Below, piece after piece: positions 25,191 to 39,198 of a stretch of 64,000 nucleotides of DNA. This stretch comes from Isurus oxyrinchus. Taxonomy: Eukaryota. The DNA lies in NCBI GenBank assembly GCA_026770705.1, contig JANJGN010000071.1, positions 1,550,001 to 1,614,000 of the forward strand. Direction: 5' to 3'. The notes under the pieces are model-generated. The model saw nothing but the letters and a program-made list of their open reading frames with translations, did no database searches and was not told where the DNA came from. Both the position numbers and the translations under genes were made by a program. Positions within the stretch are counted from its first letter, which is position 1. Each line of letters starts with the position of its first letter.

Positions 25191-26789
25191 GAATTGTTGT
25201 GTTTATTCGACAACAGAATAACAGAGGAAGGTTTCCTCTCTGCCCTCTTCAGCCCCACTGGGAAGGTCAGGATGAGAAGGTTGGGCTGGGTCCCCTGTAC
25301 TGGACACTCGCTGAATCTTCCAATGATAGTTCTGGGCTGGATTTCAAAACGCATAGACAAGGATTCAGTGTTCCATCACATTCTGCCTTTGTCTCTTTTC
25401 CTCTCGTTCTCTTTCTCTACCATCCTCTCTCTCTATCTATCTATCTTTCTCCTCATTCTCTCCTGCTTCATCTCTATCACTTTCTTTCTACTTCTTTGTG
25501 TGTCTCTGTCTGTCTCTCTCTGTCACTCTTTCTTTCCTTGTCCTTATCTCTTTCAGTGTCTCCCTCTTTCTCTCTCTCTCTCTCTCTCTAAATGTGCCCC
25601 TCTCTAACAGTTTGGCCCAGTACTCTTATTTCCCTGTTTTACTGGTGTTCCATTTGAAGGTATACAAGACCAGATCAGACCAGAATGTTTATTTTCCAGT
25701 GTTTACTGTGTTTTTTTCATTCTGGGTGTCTCTCGACTCTGTCTGTCCCTCTCTGTCCTTTTATTTCATTCTTTCATGTGATGTGGACATCACTGCCCAG
25801 GCCAGCATTTATTGCCCAACCCTAATTGCCCTTGTTCAGAGGCCACTTTTTAAAAGTGAACCACATTGCTGTGGGTCTGGAGTCACATGTAGGCCAGACC
25901 AGGTAAGGACAGTAGATTTCCCTCCCTAAAGGGCATTTGTGACCCAAATACAAGAATCGGCAATGGTTTCCTGGTCATCATCGGACTTTTAATTCCAGGT
26001 TTTTATTGAATTGAAATTCCACCAACTGCTGTGGTGAGATTCTAACCAGGGTCCCAGGACCATTACGCTGGGTCTCTGGATTACTGGTCCAGTGAAAATA
26101 CCATCAGGCCACCACCTCCCCACTCTTCCCTTCCACCATCTTTCACACTTGTTCTGTCTCTCTCTCACTCTCCTTCTCTCTTCTCCCTCTCTCAGCCTCT
26201 GTCTGTCTCTCAATCTCTCTATCGCTCTCTCTCTCCCTGTCGCTCTCTCTCTGACTGTCTCCCTCCCTATATCTGTAACCTCCTCTCTCTGTCCCTTTCC
26301 TCCAGCCCCTACAACCCTCCCTAAGGCAGCCTCCACCTGCCTCTACAATCCTCCCCATCTCTGTAACCACCTTCAACCCCTACACCCCTCCCTATACCTG
26401 TAACCTCCTCCAGCCACTGTAACCCTCCCTATCTCTGTAACCTCCTCCAGCCCCTGTAACCCTCCCTATACCTGTAACTTCCTCCAGCCCCTGTAACCCT
26501 CCCTATCTCTTGAAGGGTTCTCAAAATTCCCACATTTTCCATATCATCAACAAGGATATCACTTTTGCACCTTTAAACTGCTGAGTTAAGTGGAAAACCC
26601 TGCAGACAGGAGGCTGGGCCCATGAAGGCCTGGGGCTGCACATGTCCGGGCTTATTGAGAGCAGTGTGGAATGTTTGGCCTGAAACCAGACAACGAGAGG
26701 AGACAGAATACGCATTCTTCCCTTTAATACAATCAACCCAGAGAAAGACTTCACTTCACACGCAACTGAAGCCCATCTAAATCTTGCAT

Positions 26790-27722
26790 CAATTATCGCT
26801 CCTAACTTCTGAGGCCGGCAATTTATTTATGCGAACCCATCAATACTCCACACATACAATGGCTTTCAGTTCAAAACTAGTTACTGGGCAGGAAGACAAT
26901 GATAAACATCATGCGAGCCCATTAACAACAACGAGACATCAATCACCTGGGGAAGCCCACCAAAGACAAACAAAGAACGAACCTGGATTTGGATTGCGAT
27001 AAGAAACTCGAAAGGCAGTATAACTGGGCAGTCAGTTGGGAGAGAAACCAGCCAGCAGAAGGGTTGCAGTGTTGAAAGCTGACACAGGGCAGTGAGCAGT
27101 TGGGAGCGGTTGAAACAGAGTTTAAGCAAGGAGATCTGGAGGTTTGCAGGCCCACAGGCAACATCACGGTGAGGGGCACGGGGTGGCAGGCTCAACCGAA
27201 GACAACAAGGCCACAACCGCTGCCGTCCATGAAGATCGACCACCCACAACCGCGCCCTCCACCCAACTGAAGACCCTTCACAGATTCCACAGACCAGGAC
27301 CACGTGGGGATGACAGGCCCCAGAGGACACTAAGAGCGTCCCCCAAAACTGCAACCGGCTTACCTGGCTGGATTTCCACCTGTCAAGGAACCCTGGGTTG
27401 GTGAGCGTGACCCCTGACCTCTCCTAGTGCAATTTAGTTAGGGATGGGGGATGGGACAAGGGTAAGGGCATTAGTAGCGTGATTCTCCCTCGTTATGCCA
27501 TGTGTTCCCTATTCTTAACTCAGTGTACTTTGTAAGTCTGTATAATCTCAGTGTCATCCTAATGTTAGAAGTTCATTTGTGACTTCAGTAAACTCAGTTT
27601 TTGTCTTGCACCAAAACCAGTTGTCTGCTGTACTTTGTGACAAGCCCCGAATAAGTCCAAGGTCTAGAACCCAGGGAGTGGGAGTGATTCAGACGGCTCA
27701 GAAGTCGCAGGTGAAGCTGACA
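26790..27722. mobile_element. LTR-like segment adjoining the Gypsy fragment
   Basis: Non-coding block ending in TGACA next to gag-pol remnant; family not identified. Confidence 0.35.
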
Positions 27723-27739
27723 CACACCACCACACCCTA

Positions 27740-28195
27740 CAAGGGGCTGAATGGCCTCCTCCTGTTCCTGTGTAACGGGCATCAGTGGCTGAATGGGCCT
27801 CGTCCTTTTTCTGTGTAACAGGCTCAATGTGGCTGAATGGGCCTCCTCCTGTTCTTGTGTAACAGGCTCGAGGGGGCTGAATGGGCCTCCTCCAGTTCTT
27901 GTGTAACAGGCTCGAGGGGGCTGAATGGGCCTCCTCCAGTTCCTGTGTAACAGGCTTGAGGAGCTAAATGGGCCTCCTCCAGTTCCTGTGTAACAGACAT
28001 CAGTGGCTGAATGGGCTTGCTCCTGTTACTGTGTAACAGTCTTGAGGGGGCTGAATGGCCTCTTCCTGTATCTGTGTAACAGGCTCAATGGGCTGAATGG
28101 CCCCCTTCTGTTCCTGTGTAACAGTCTCGAGGGGGCTGAATGGGCCTCTTCCTGTTCCTGTGTAACAGGCTCGACGGGCTGAATGGCCTCCTTCT
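27740..28195 (+). repeat. ~40-bp minisatellite (GGGGCTGAATGGGCCTCCTCCTGTTCCTGTGTAACAGGCTCGA)
   Basis: About 11 tandem copies; unit resembles a CR1 3' terminus. Confidence 0.85.
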
Positions 28196-28399
28196 GCTCT
28201 GTAAAATTGTTGTGATACTGTAACTGCCTCTTTGGTTTCATTCAGCTGAATCTTCAGCTCTTCAGTCTCTTCCTTGTATCTCTTGCCTTCCTCCTGGAAC
28301 ATTGGACATGGTTGGGTCTTCCCTGCCAACTGTTTCTTCAGTTTGCTCAGAGCGGCACAGAATTCGCTTTCTTTCTCTTCAGGATTTTCCAGTGGAACC

Positions 28400-29137
28400 A
28401 ACTCTGACCTGAGGGACACTTGCAGCCTGTGAGGATGCTTCAATTCTTCAAACTCATTCCGAGATACACTCTCATATTCCCCCAGCAACTCAGCAACTCC
28501 TCCAGTGAAACATTTCAGAGCAGCTGAGCTTGGTTTTCTGGAACCAGTCTCGGCCCAGAAGACTAGGGCCCTCACCTGTCGCTATGATCACTGGAAGCTG
28601 GGCTGTCTGCTGCCTGTAGGACACAGGTACTGGGATGAGGTCCTTTCCCTGTATGGATTCTCCAGTGTGTGTCTTCAGCTGATCCATTGTTTGCTCTAAA
28701 TTCAGCGTCTGGGTTCCTTCATTTAGCTGTTTAAATGTGGGCTCTTCCACCACTGTGTCTGAGGCTCCCGTATCTGCCCCATTACTAGTGGCTGCCCATT
28801 CACTTGGGTTGTGATGGTTATAGGTTCAGTTTTTACCACTGTGACATTGGACAGGGAATAGACATCGGTATCAGCAGCTTCAGGCTCTGTGATATTATTC
28901 ACTTCCATCATGTTGGTGCACTGCCTGATGGGCTGTCTCGATTTCACCCTGCATTGCTTTATTACCCGCCCCTTTCTTGTGGCAGTGATGGCATTCTGCC
29001 CCCTTGAACCCGCAGGTGTCCGGTACGAGCTCAATGCCCCCCACATCGAGAACAGACCAACTTCGGAGTTGCTGCTGAAATACTCCCACGAAACCTTTTA
29101 GTTTCTGGAGCGGCAGAGACTGTCTCTCGCTTGGCGG

Positions 29138-29172
<35 letters not shown>

Positions 29173-29570
29173 GTTTGAGCCTCACGCCCGGTGGTTGTTT
29201 CCTGTCCCAGCTGAGGACTGGTGCCATGTTGTACATCCTGTAAATCCCGCCAGTCTCTCCCAGCACTTTCCATGCCTGGCGCTATTTCCATGGTGCGCTT
29301 CAAATCGATGTCGGCTTCTGCAAATAAACGGCTCTGAATGGCGTTGGGGTGAACGACACAAACCAATCGGCCCCGCAACATGTCATTGAGTGTGTCTCCG
29401 AGGTCCCAGTGCTCAGTCACCTGCTTCCACTTCACTGTATAGGTTGCGATGGACTCACCCGGGGCCCTTACTCTGGAGTTAAACTTAAACCTCTGCATTA
29501 TTACCCACGGCTTCAGCTGAAAACACATCTTCATGAGGACGACTAATTGGTGAAAAGATTTAGAATTGGG
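28400..29570 (-). mobile_element. Ty3/Gypsy gag-protease remnant
   Basis: QRFKFNSRVRAPGESIATY..DMLRGRLVC, zinc-knuckle-like CSRCGGH and CHHCHKKG, protease end GEGPSLLGRDWF; frameshifted. Confidence 0.85.
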
Positions 29571-29571
29571 T

Positions 29572-30726
29572 GTAATACACGTCACTGTCTTCAGCTCTGA
29601 GACTGTCAATCCTCACCAAACAATTCTTCCCTTCCAAGTTCCCAATTATTTTAGCACGTCCCACGAATGTGGCCACCCCATAATTGGGATCTTTGGTGTA
29701 TGTGATGGTATATTTCCATCTATACCAATATTTATACCAAGCTCCGTGCAGTGCTGTGTAAGAGTGGGAAGGAAAGTCAAAGCTACACGGAATAACCACA
29801 CAAGAGCTGCTGATGGCCCTCCGAGGCAGCGCCTTCATAGACCATCCCTCTGACGTCACTCCTGAAAGGCAACGAGGGAGGGGACTGAACATCAAAAAGC
29901 AGAATATTACTTCAATGGAGAGAGGCAGCAGAATGCGGTACAGAGGGATCTGGGTGTCCTTGTACATGAATCACAGAAAGTCAGCATTCAGGAACAGCAC
30001 AGAATGAGGAAGGCAAGTGGAATGTTGGCCTTTATTGCAAAGGGATGGAGTATAAAAGGAGGGAAGTCTTGCAACAGCTGCACAGGGCGTTGGTGAGATT
30101 GTATCAGGAGCAGTGTGTACAGTTCTGGTCTCCTTACTTAGGGAGGGATAGACTCTGCATTGGAGGCAGTTCAGAGGAGGTTCACTGGGCTGATTCCTGG
30201 GATGAAGGGGGTTTGTCTTATGAGGAAATGTTGAGCAGGTTGGGCCCTGTATCCATTGGAGTTTAGAAGAATGAGAGGTGATCTTATTGAAACATATAAG
30301 ATTCTGAGGTGGTGGGGGGTTTGACAGGGTGGATGCTGAGGGGATGTTACCCCTTGTGGGGGAATCCTGTGAAGCAATAAGGATGTTTTACTGCATTAAA
30401 GGGCTATATAAATGCACTGTCATTCCTATTGAAACAAGCTCTCTGATGCACAAACAGAAAATGCTGGAAAAACTCAGCAGGTCTGACAGCATCTGTGGAG
30501 AGAGAAACAGAGTTGTTGTTTCGAGTCCGTATGAGGCTTTTGCTTTTGCTAAATTCTCTGACTCGCTATTCGCTCACTCTCTGTGTGATCACTAACCCTG
30601 TTCTTTAAAATTAAATGTTCACTTCCTCATTCCAGGAAAGAATCCAATTCCCTGAGTTCTGATCAGTAATGAATTTGTACCTTGCAGCAAGCTGATGAAG
30701 ATCAATATCAGACCGACCTCTCCCAT
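29572..30726 (-). pseudogene. Gene E: MAG/sialoadhesin-like Siglec fragment (leader 30726-30681, V exon from 29861, broken at ~29572)
   Basis: MGEVGLILIFISLLQ|GVTSEGW...SSCVVIPCSFDFP...HGAWY...FVGRAKIIGNLEGKNC...EDSDVYY, then runs into Gypsy gag sequence with a stop at 29560; no downstream Ig exons found. Confidence 0.78.
29890..30365 (+). mobile_element. CR1 LINE 3' fragment
   Basis: MEYKRREVLQQLHRALVR..CVQFWSPYL. Confidence 0.8.
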
Positions 30727-30989
30727 CTTCAGTTCCTCATCTAAATGGAAATGATAAAGACAGAGACTTTTTCATAAATTGTCCCCAGCGTTTCTTCCTC
30801 AAACAACAACTTGTGGTTAAATGGCACCTTTCAGTGAGTTAAACAGCCCCAGGGAATAAACTAATGTCAAGACAAGGAAGGAGAGATTGAGAAGGGACAT
30901 CGCAAACCGATTCACCAAACACGGCAAAAATTCATTGTTCCCTCACTCCCTGTGCTGGGTGTCCAGCTTTTTCTCTCAGTGAGTTTAGT

Positions 30990-32226
30990 CCTCACAATCT
31001 CTATCTATCGCACTCTTCTGCTCTATCTCTCTCTCACACACACATTCTCTCTCTAACACTCACAATCTCTCTCTATCACACTCTTCTGCTCTATCTCTCT
31101 CTCTCTCACACTCACACATTCTCTCACTAGCACTCACTATCTCTCTCGATCACACTCTTCTGCTCTGTCTCTCTCTCTCTCTCACACACATTCTCTCTCC
31201 AACACTCACAATCTCTATCTATCGCACTCTTCTGCTCTCTCTCTCTCTCTCTCACACTCACATTCTCTCTCTAACACTCACAATCTCTCTCTATCGCACT
31301 CTTCTGCTCTATCTCTCTCTCTCACACACACACATTCTCTCTCTAATACTCACAATCTCTCTCTATCGCACTCTTCTGCTCTATCTCTCTCTCTCTCACA
31401 CACACACACATTCTCTCTCTAACACTCACAATCTCTCTCTATCACACTCCTCTGCTCTATCTCTCTCTCTCACACACACACATTCTCTCTCTAACACTCA
31501 CAATCTCTCTCTATCACACTCTTCTGCTCTCTCTCTCTCTCACACACACACACATTCTCTCTCTAACACTCACAATCTCTCTCTATCACACTCCTGTGCT
31601 CTATCTCTCTCTCTCACACACACACATTCTCTCTCTAACACTCACAATCTCTCTCTATCGCACTCTTCTGCTCTATCTCTCTCTCTCACACACACACACA
31701 TTCTCTCTCTAACAAACACAATCTCTCTCTATCGCACTCTTCTGCTCTCTCTCTCTCTCACACACACACATTCTCTTTCTAATACTCACAATCTCTCTCT
31801 ATCACACTCTTCTGCTCTATCTCTCTCTCTCACACACACACATTCTCTCTCTAACACTCACAATCTCTCTCTATCGCACTCTTCTGCTCTATCTCTCTCT
31901 CTCACACACACACATTCTCTCTCTAACACTCACAATCTCTCTCTATCACACTCTTCTGCTCTATCTCTCTCTCTCTCACACACATTCTCTCTCTAACACT
32001 CACAATCTCTCTCTATCACACTCTTCTGCTCTATCTCTCTCTCTCACACACACACATTCTCTCTCTAACACTCACAATCTCTCTCTATCACACTCTTCTG
32101 CTCTATCTCTCTCTCTCTCTCACACACACACATTCTCTCTCTAACAAACACAATCTCTCTCTATCGCACTCTACTGCTCTCTCTCTCTCTCTCACAAACA
32201 CAATCTCTCTCTATCGCACTCTACTG

Positions 32227-32257
<31 letters not shown>

Positions 32258-34535
32258 TCTCTCTCTAACACTCACAATCTCTCTCTGTCACACTCTTCTG
32301 CTCTCTCTCTCTCTCTCACACACACACATTCTCTCTCTAACACTCACAATCTCTCTCTATCACACTCTTCTGCTCTATCTCTCTCTCTCACACGCACACA
32401 TTCTCTCGCTAACACTCACAATCTCTCTCTATCACACTCCTCTGCTCTCTCTCTCTCTCTCACACACACACATTCTCTCTCTAACACTCACAATCTCTCT
32501 CTATCACACTCTTCTGCTCTATTTCTCTCTCTCTCTCACACACACATTCTCTCTCTAACACTCACAATCTCTCTCTATCGCACTCTACTGCTCTCTCTCT
32601 CTCTCACAAACACAATCTCTCTCTATCGCACTCTTCTGCTCTCTCTCTCTCACAAACACACATTCTCTCTCTAACACTCACAATCTCTCTCTATCGCACT
32701 CTTCTGCTCTATCTCTCTCACACAAACACACATTCTCTCTCTAACACTCACAATCTCTCTCTATCACACTCCTCTGCTCTATCTCTCTCTCTCACACACA
32801 CACATTCTCTCTCTAACACTCACAATCTCTCTCTATCACACTCCTCTGCTCTATCTCTCTCTCTCACACACACACATTCTCTCTCTAACACTCACAATCT
32901 CTCTCTATCGCACTCTTCTGCTCTATCTCTCTCTCTCTCTCTCTCACACACACATTCTCTCTCTAACACTCACAATCTCTCTCTATCACACTCCTCTGCT
33001 CTATCTCTCTCTCTCACACACACACACATTCTCTCTCTAACAAACACAATCTCTCTCTATCACACTCCTCTGCTCTATCTCTCTCTCTCACACACACACA
33101 CATTCTCTCTCTAACACTCACAATCTCTCTCTATCACACTCCTCTGCTCTATCTCTCTCTCTCACACACACATTCTCTCTCTAACACTCACAATCTCTCT
33201 CTATCGCACTCTTCTGCTCTATCTCTCTCTCTCTCACACACACACATTCTCTCTCTAACACTCACAATCTCTCTCTATCGCACTCTTCTGCTCTATCTCT
33301 CTCTCTCACACACACATTCTCTCTCTAACACTCACAATCTCTCTCTATCACACTCTTCTGCTCTATCTCTCTCTCTCTCACACACACACATTCTCTCTCT
33401 AAAACTCACAATCTCTATCACACTCTTCTGCTCTATCTCTCTCTCACACACACACATTCTCTCTCTAACACTCACAATCTCTCTCTATCACACTCTTCTG
33501 CTCTATCTCTCTCTCATACACACACATTCTCTCTCTAACACTCACAATCTCTCTCTATCACACTCCTCTGCTCTATCTCTCTCTCTCTCACACACACATT
33601 CTCTCTCTAACACTCACAATCTCTCTCTATCGCACTCTTCTGCTCTCTCTCTCTCACAAACACACATTCTCTCTCTAACACTCACAATCTCTCTCTATCA
33701 CACTCCTCTACTCTATCTCTCTCACTCACACACACACATTCTCTCTCTAACACTCACAATCTCTCTCTATCGCACTCTTCTGCTCTATCTCTCTCTCTCT
33801 CACACACACATTCTCTCTCTAACACTCACAATCTCTCTCTATCACACTCCTCTGCTCTATCTCTCTCTCTCACACACACACACATTCTCTCTCTAACAAA
33901 CACAATCTCTCTCTATCACACTCCTCTGCTCTATCTCTCTCTCTCACACACACACACATTCTCTCTCTAACACTCACAATCTCTCTCTATCACACTCCTC
34001 TGCTCTATCTCTCTCTCTCACACACACATTCTCTCTCTAACACTCACAATCTCTCTCTATCGCACTCTTCTGCTCTATCTCTCTCTCTCTCACACACACA
34101 CATTCTCTCTCTAACACTCACAATCTCTCTCTATCACACTCTTCTGCTCTATCTCTCTCTCTCTCACACACACACATTCTCTCTCTAAAACTCACAATCT
34201 CTATCACACTCTTCTGCTCTATCTCTCTCTCACACACACACACATTCTCTCTCTAACAAACACAAACTCTCTCTATCGCACTCTTCTGCTCTCTCTCTCT
34301 CACAAACACACATTCTCTCTCTAACACTCACAATCTCTCTCTATCACACTCCTCTACTCTATCTCTCTCACTCACACACACACATTCTCTCTCTAACACT
34401 CACAATCTCTCTCTATCACACTCTTCTGCTCTATCTCTCTCTCACACACACACACATTCTCTCTCTGACACTCACAATCTCTCTCTATCGCACTCTTCTG
34501 CTCTCTCTCTCTCTCTCTCACACACACATTCTCTC
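30990..34535 (+). repeat. ~70-bp CT/CA-based satellite, ~50 copies
   Basis: CTCACAATCTCTCTCTATCACACTCTTCTGCTCTATC(TC)n(AC)nATTCTCTCTCTAACA repeated; degenerate CT/CA tail to ~35020. Confidence 0.95.
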
Positions 34536-36349
34536 TGTCTCCCTCCCTCAAATACATTGTCTCTCTCTCTCTGACACAAACACTCTCTCACACACTCACA
34601 CACTTTCCCTAAAACTAACACAATCTCTCTTTCTGTCAAGCACACACTCTCTCTCACACACACACACTCTCTCTCTCAGACACACACATTCTCTCTCTCT
34701 CAAACATTTAACATTTCTCTTCATCTCGATCTTCTGCTGTCTCCCTCTTTCTCTCCCTCGCACACACACACACTCTCTGTCACAAACACACTCTCTCTCC
34801 CACACAATCTCTCTCACAGACACTCTCTCTCACACACTCACACTCTCTGTCACAAACACACGCTCTCTCCCACACACTCTCTCTCACACACTCTCACATG
34901 CACACTCTCTCCCTCATATACAAACACTCTCCCTCACACATGCACACTCTCTATCTCTTTTTCTCTCTCACACAGTCTCTCTGTCTCTCTCTCTCTCTCA
35001 GACACTCTCTCTCTCTCTGATACAGAATGTTTTAAGACCTGCTCATGATTTCAGCTCAAAACCCAGGTAGATTCTCCCCAGTGAGGGAGTAGTGAGGGAG
35101 TGCTGCACTGTCAGAGGATCAGTACTGAGGGCGTGCTGCACTGTCAGAGGGTAAGTACTGAGGGAGTGCTGCACTGTCGGAGGATCAGTACTGAACACAA
35201 TGTCCATTCAGAACAGCTCGGTCCCCGATCAGAGAAACAGCATCAGACAGAACCAACTGATGCTCGAATCCATACAATTCATCAACGTGTTGGGAGTTAG
35301 TTTGATGTCGGAGATGGAGTGTTACTGGGAAGGATGGAACCCGTCAGGATGAACAGCTCGATGTACGACAAGGAAAGGATGAGCTAAGAGGGGTTGGTCA
35401 CGGACAGACGGAGCATGTGAAGACTCAACAAGCTAATGGCAGGTGAAGAGCTGGAAAGGTGTCTTTTCAACACAAGGTTTAGACACAGAACTCGATGTTT
35501 GATCGGGTATTTCAAACCAGAGAAACTCTTTACAGGGTGACTGGACCTTGTCAATAATCCATCCAGCCAACCTCGCCTGGAGATTAGTCCAATATTAGAC
35601 ACTAAACCGAGTCCCCCGTCTGCCCTCTCGGGCGGGTGTGAAAGATCCCACAGCCACTATTTGGAGGAAGAGCAGGGGGGAGATCTCCCCGGTGTCCTGG
35701 GACCAGTATTTATCCCTCAACCAACATCACTAAAAACAGATGATCACATTGCTGTTTGTGGGAGCTTGCTGTGCGCTAATTGGCTGCTGCGTTTCCTACA
35801 TTACAACAGTAACCACACTTCGAAAAAAGGGTGAACTCACTTGTAAAGCGTTCTGGGACATCCAGAGACCATGCTGTACAGAAGAGATTTGACAGGAGCA
35901 GCAAGTGTTTTACTTACAGGAGAATGAGTCCCCAGGGTTGTAGAGTCAATCCTGTCAGATGAATGTCTAACTGGAGACACTTCAGGGAGCTGATCTAATT
36001 CTGGAAATGTTCAGTTTACCAGGATCGGAGGAGAGATGATCTTCCTCTCCTGACTGCATCGGACGCGAGGTGAACTGGCTCTGGGAGGAGGGTCAGTGTT
36101 AACCCAGTTTTTCTGTGTTTGAGGGAGATGTGAAACTGGGGAAGTCACGTGGTTTTTTGGTGTGGTAACTCCATGTCTTTATTTGGTGCAGCACTCATTT
36201 AGTTCATGTCGTTGTTTCAATGCTACAAAACCACAGTGCATTCTGGACTATTTCTGCCTGACCTGCTGTCAGATACACACAGTCTGACAGAGAGGCGGAA
36301 AAGTGGTCCCTAGCAACGTGTGTAACTGTGAACTCGGCTCAGTCAGAAT

Positions 36350-36385
<36 letters not shown>

Positions 36386-36909
36386 ATGCACACTCACACA
36401 TGCACACATACCCTCAAACACACACTCTTTTGCACAAACACTTTCTCTTTCACACACACACATACACACACACACTCTCTCTCTCACACACATGTTCTCT
36501 CTCACTCCCTCTCTCAAACGCACAATCTCCCTTTCTCTCAATCTCACACACACACTATCACATACACAAATACTCTCTCACAGACACACACTCTCTTTTG
36601 CACGCAAACTATCTCACACATACATTCTCTCTCTATCTTTCTCTCTCACACGTATACTCTCTCTCACTCTCACATAGACATTCTCTTTCTCTCACACACT
36701 CTCTCACACACACAAGCTACCTCCCTCTCTCATGCACACACACTCTAACTCTCTTTTGCTCTCTCACACATACACACTCAGTCTCTCACACATACATTGT
36801 CTCTCTCTCTCTCACACAAACGCACTCTCTCTCTTCGAGATGGAAGGTTGGTGTTTTGAGACCATGTCAAGGTTTCAGCTCAAAATGCGGACGGACTCTC
36901 CCCAGTAAG

Positions 36910-37135
36910 GGAGTGCTGAGGGAGTGCTGCACTGTTGGAAGGTCAGTACTGAGGGAGTGCTGCACTGTCGGAGGGTCAGTACTGAGGGAGTGCTGCACTC
37001 CCAGAGGGTCAGTACTGAGGGAGTGCTGCACTCCCAGAGGGTCAATGCTGAACGAATGCCACACTGTCAAAGGGTCAGTGCTGAGCGAGTGCTGCACTGT
37101 TGGAGGGTGAGCGTTGAGGAAGTGCTGCACTGTCA
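36910..37135 (-). repeat. 33-bp minisatellite
   Basis: Tandem copies; a shorter array at 35093-35195. Confidence 0.85.
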
Positions 37136-37164
37136 CTGTCACTGACCATCCGACAGTGCACTGT

Positions 37165-38760
37165 CACCTAGGCAGGTGGAGATTATTCCATCACACTCCT
37201 GACCTGTGCCTTGAGGTTGATGGACAGGCTTTGGGGAGTCAGGAGATGAGTTACTCACCACAGGATTCCCAGCCTCTGGCCTGCTCTTGTAGTCACAGTG
37301 TTTATATGGCTAGTCCAGTTCAGTTTCTGGTCAACGTTAACCCCCAGCGTGTTGAGAGTGGGGGATTCAGCAATGGTGATGCCATTGGACATTAATGGGA
37401 GATGGATATATTCTCTCTGGTTGGAGATGGTCATTGCCTGGCACTTGTGTGGCATGAATGTTACTTGCCACTTGTCAGGCCAAGCCTGGATATTGTCAAG
37501 GTCTTGCTGCATTTGGACATGGACTGCTTCAGCATCTGATGAGTCATGAATGATGTTGAACGTTGTGCAATCATCAGCGACCTTCCATAATTCTGACCAT
37601 CTGATAGAATGAATGTCATTGATGAAGCAGCTGAAGATGTTTGGGCCTAGGACACTACACTGAGCAACTCCTGCAGTGATATCCTGGAACTGAGATGATT
37701 GACCTCCAACAACCACAACCACCTTCCTTTGTACTTGGTATGAATCCAATGAGTGGAGAGTTTTCCCTGTGACATGACATGGCAGATGATGTGTGCTTGG
37801 TGCTCCAAATCCACAAGGGAAAATTGGTCATGCTATCACAATAGTTTTGCAATTTGTATTTATTATAAGAAGCGTGCACTGAATTCAGGAGTAATGAGAT
37901 GACCACAACCTTTAGAGATTTTAAAAATTGGATTAAGATATTTATTAACAAAATAAAAGATTTCAAGCACAGACATAATACCACAGTTAGTTACAGCTAA
38001 AATATATTCTCAAATTCCTAATTAACCTGACTCCCAGTTACAGAGCCCGTTTAATGCAACAGTCGAAAATAAGATTTTAGATTAAAAACAAATCCAGTGA
38101 GTTAACACAGCACACACTTGACAGTGGAATTCTAAATGGATTTCTCCAACTTTATTTACTGAACATAACAGACTTATGCACAAATGCCTGGAGGCTTCTT
38201 CAAGCCTGTTTCACACACTCCTGTTAGATCTTACATGGCCCCAACATAGTCTTTCATTCTCCTTTATACATGTTTCTCTCTCTTTGATGTAAATTCTTTG
38301 GAACTGTACCTTTCCCATAATATAAACTTTCATGTTGCCAATATTGTCAATGAAGTTTGGGTAAAATTAAAAAAAACTCCTTAGCTTTGCTTATTGGGCT
38401 TGTCCTAAACAGACCAACATCCCTTTGAAATCAAAACAACCCCTTCACACCTTACATGTTAACACAGCCTCCATGTGTTCTCATTAGCATTTCAAGTACA
38501 TTTCTACATCTAGCTTCTTTTGATAATCTCAAGCTTGCAGTCTACCTGACTCCAGATGTAATTAAACCACACAGACAAATCCATCTACACTCACACTCAT
38601 AAACCTACTTTAAAACAAACCAGGAAAATATTAAGCAAATTATTATACTTTCGTACCACCCCTGATTCCCATTGACTCCAGTTATGCTCGGGCTCCTAGA
38701 TGCCACACTCGGTCAAATGCAGCCATGATGTCAAAGGCAGTCATTCTCGTCTCACCTTGT
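37165..38760 (-). mobile_element. CR1/L2-type LINE RT fragment split by a solo LTR (37768-38658)
   Basis: ITAGVAQCSVLGPNIFSCFIND..ADDCT..QQDLDNIQAW; LINE sequence resumes after the insertion. Confidence 0.78.
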
Positions 38761-38949
38761 ATTAACAGATGTAACATTATACATAATTCATAAGCTTCTC
38801 ACAATCTTTGACAGCATGGAAAAAGGTGCAGCATTCAGAAAGCTCACTCAGAACCAATAAAAAAAAGTTGAGCAACATCATATTTCTGTTCATTACTATT
38901 TGGCCATGTTGGCTGCACACACCCCACAGCCCCGCTCCCTGTTTCACAC

Positions 38950-39198
38950 TCAGTTTTTCTGGAACCTGATCTGTGCGTATTCCGTGTCCTCGCTCCTGTG
39001 CACAGTCCTGTCACCGCCGGGCAGCTTTGAAAAGTTGATGTTGGCGTAGAAAAGCTCATCTGGTTTGTCGGAGTTCCCATGTCCAACATCGCCTCCCACT
39101 GGACCTTCAGAGAGACCCCGGGGAGCTGGGGTCTCCCCCTCACTAGTTGTGTCTCTGGTTGTGTTCCGGGGCTCAGTAATCAGCACGTTCTGTTTACC
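38950..39198 (-). CDS. Gene D terminal exon with ITIM (LFYANI) and ITSM (TEYAQI)
   Basis: ctctgtag|GGT; ...DELFYANINF...EDTEYAQIRFQKN*, the motif arrangement of CD33-related Siglec tails. Confidence 0.88.
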   Translation of the reverse strand, partial: GKQNVLITEPRNTTRDTTSEGETPAPRGLSEGPVGGDVGHGNSDKPDELFYANINFSKLPGGDRTVHRSEDTEYAQIRFQKN

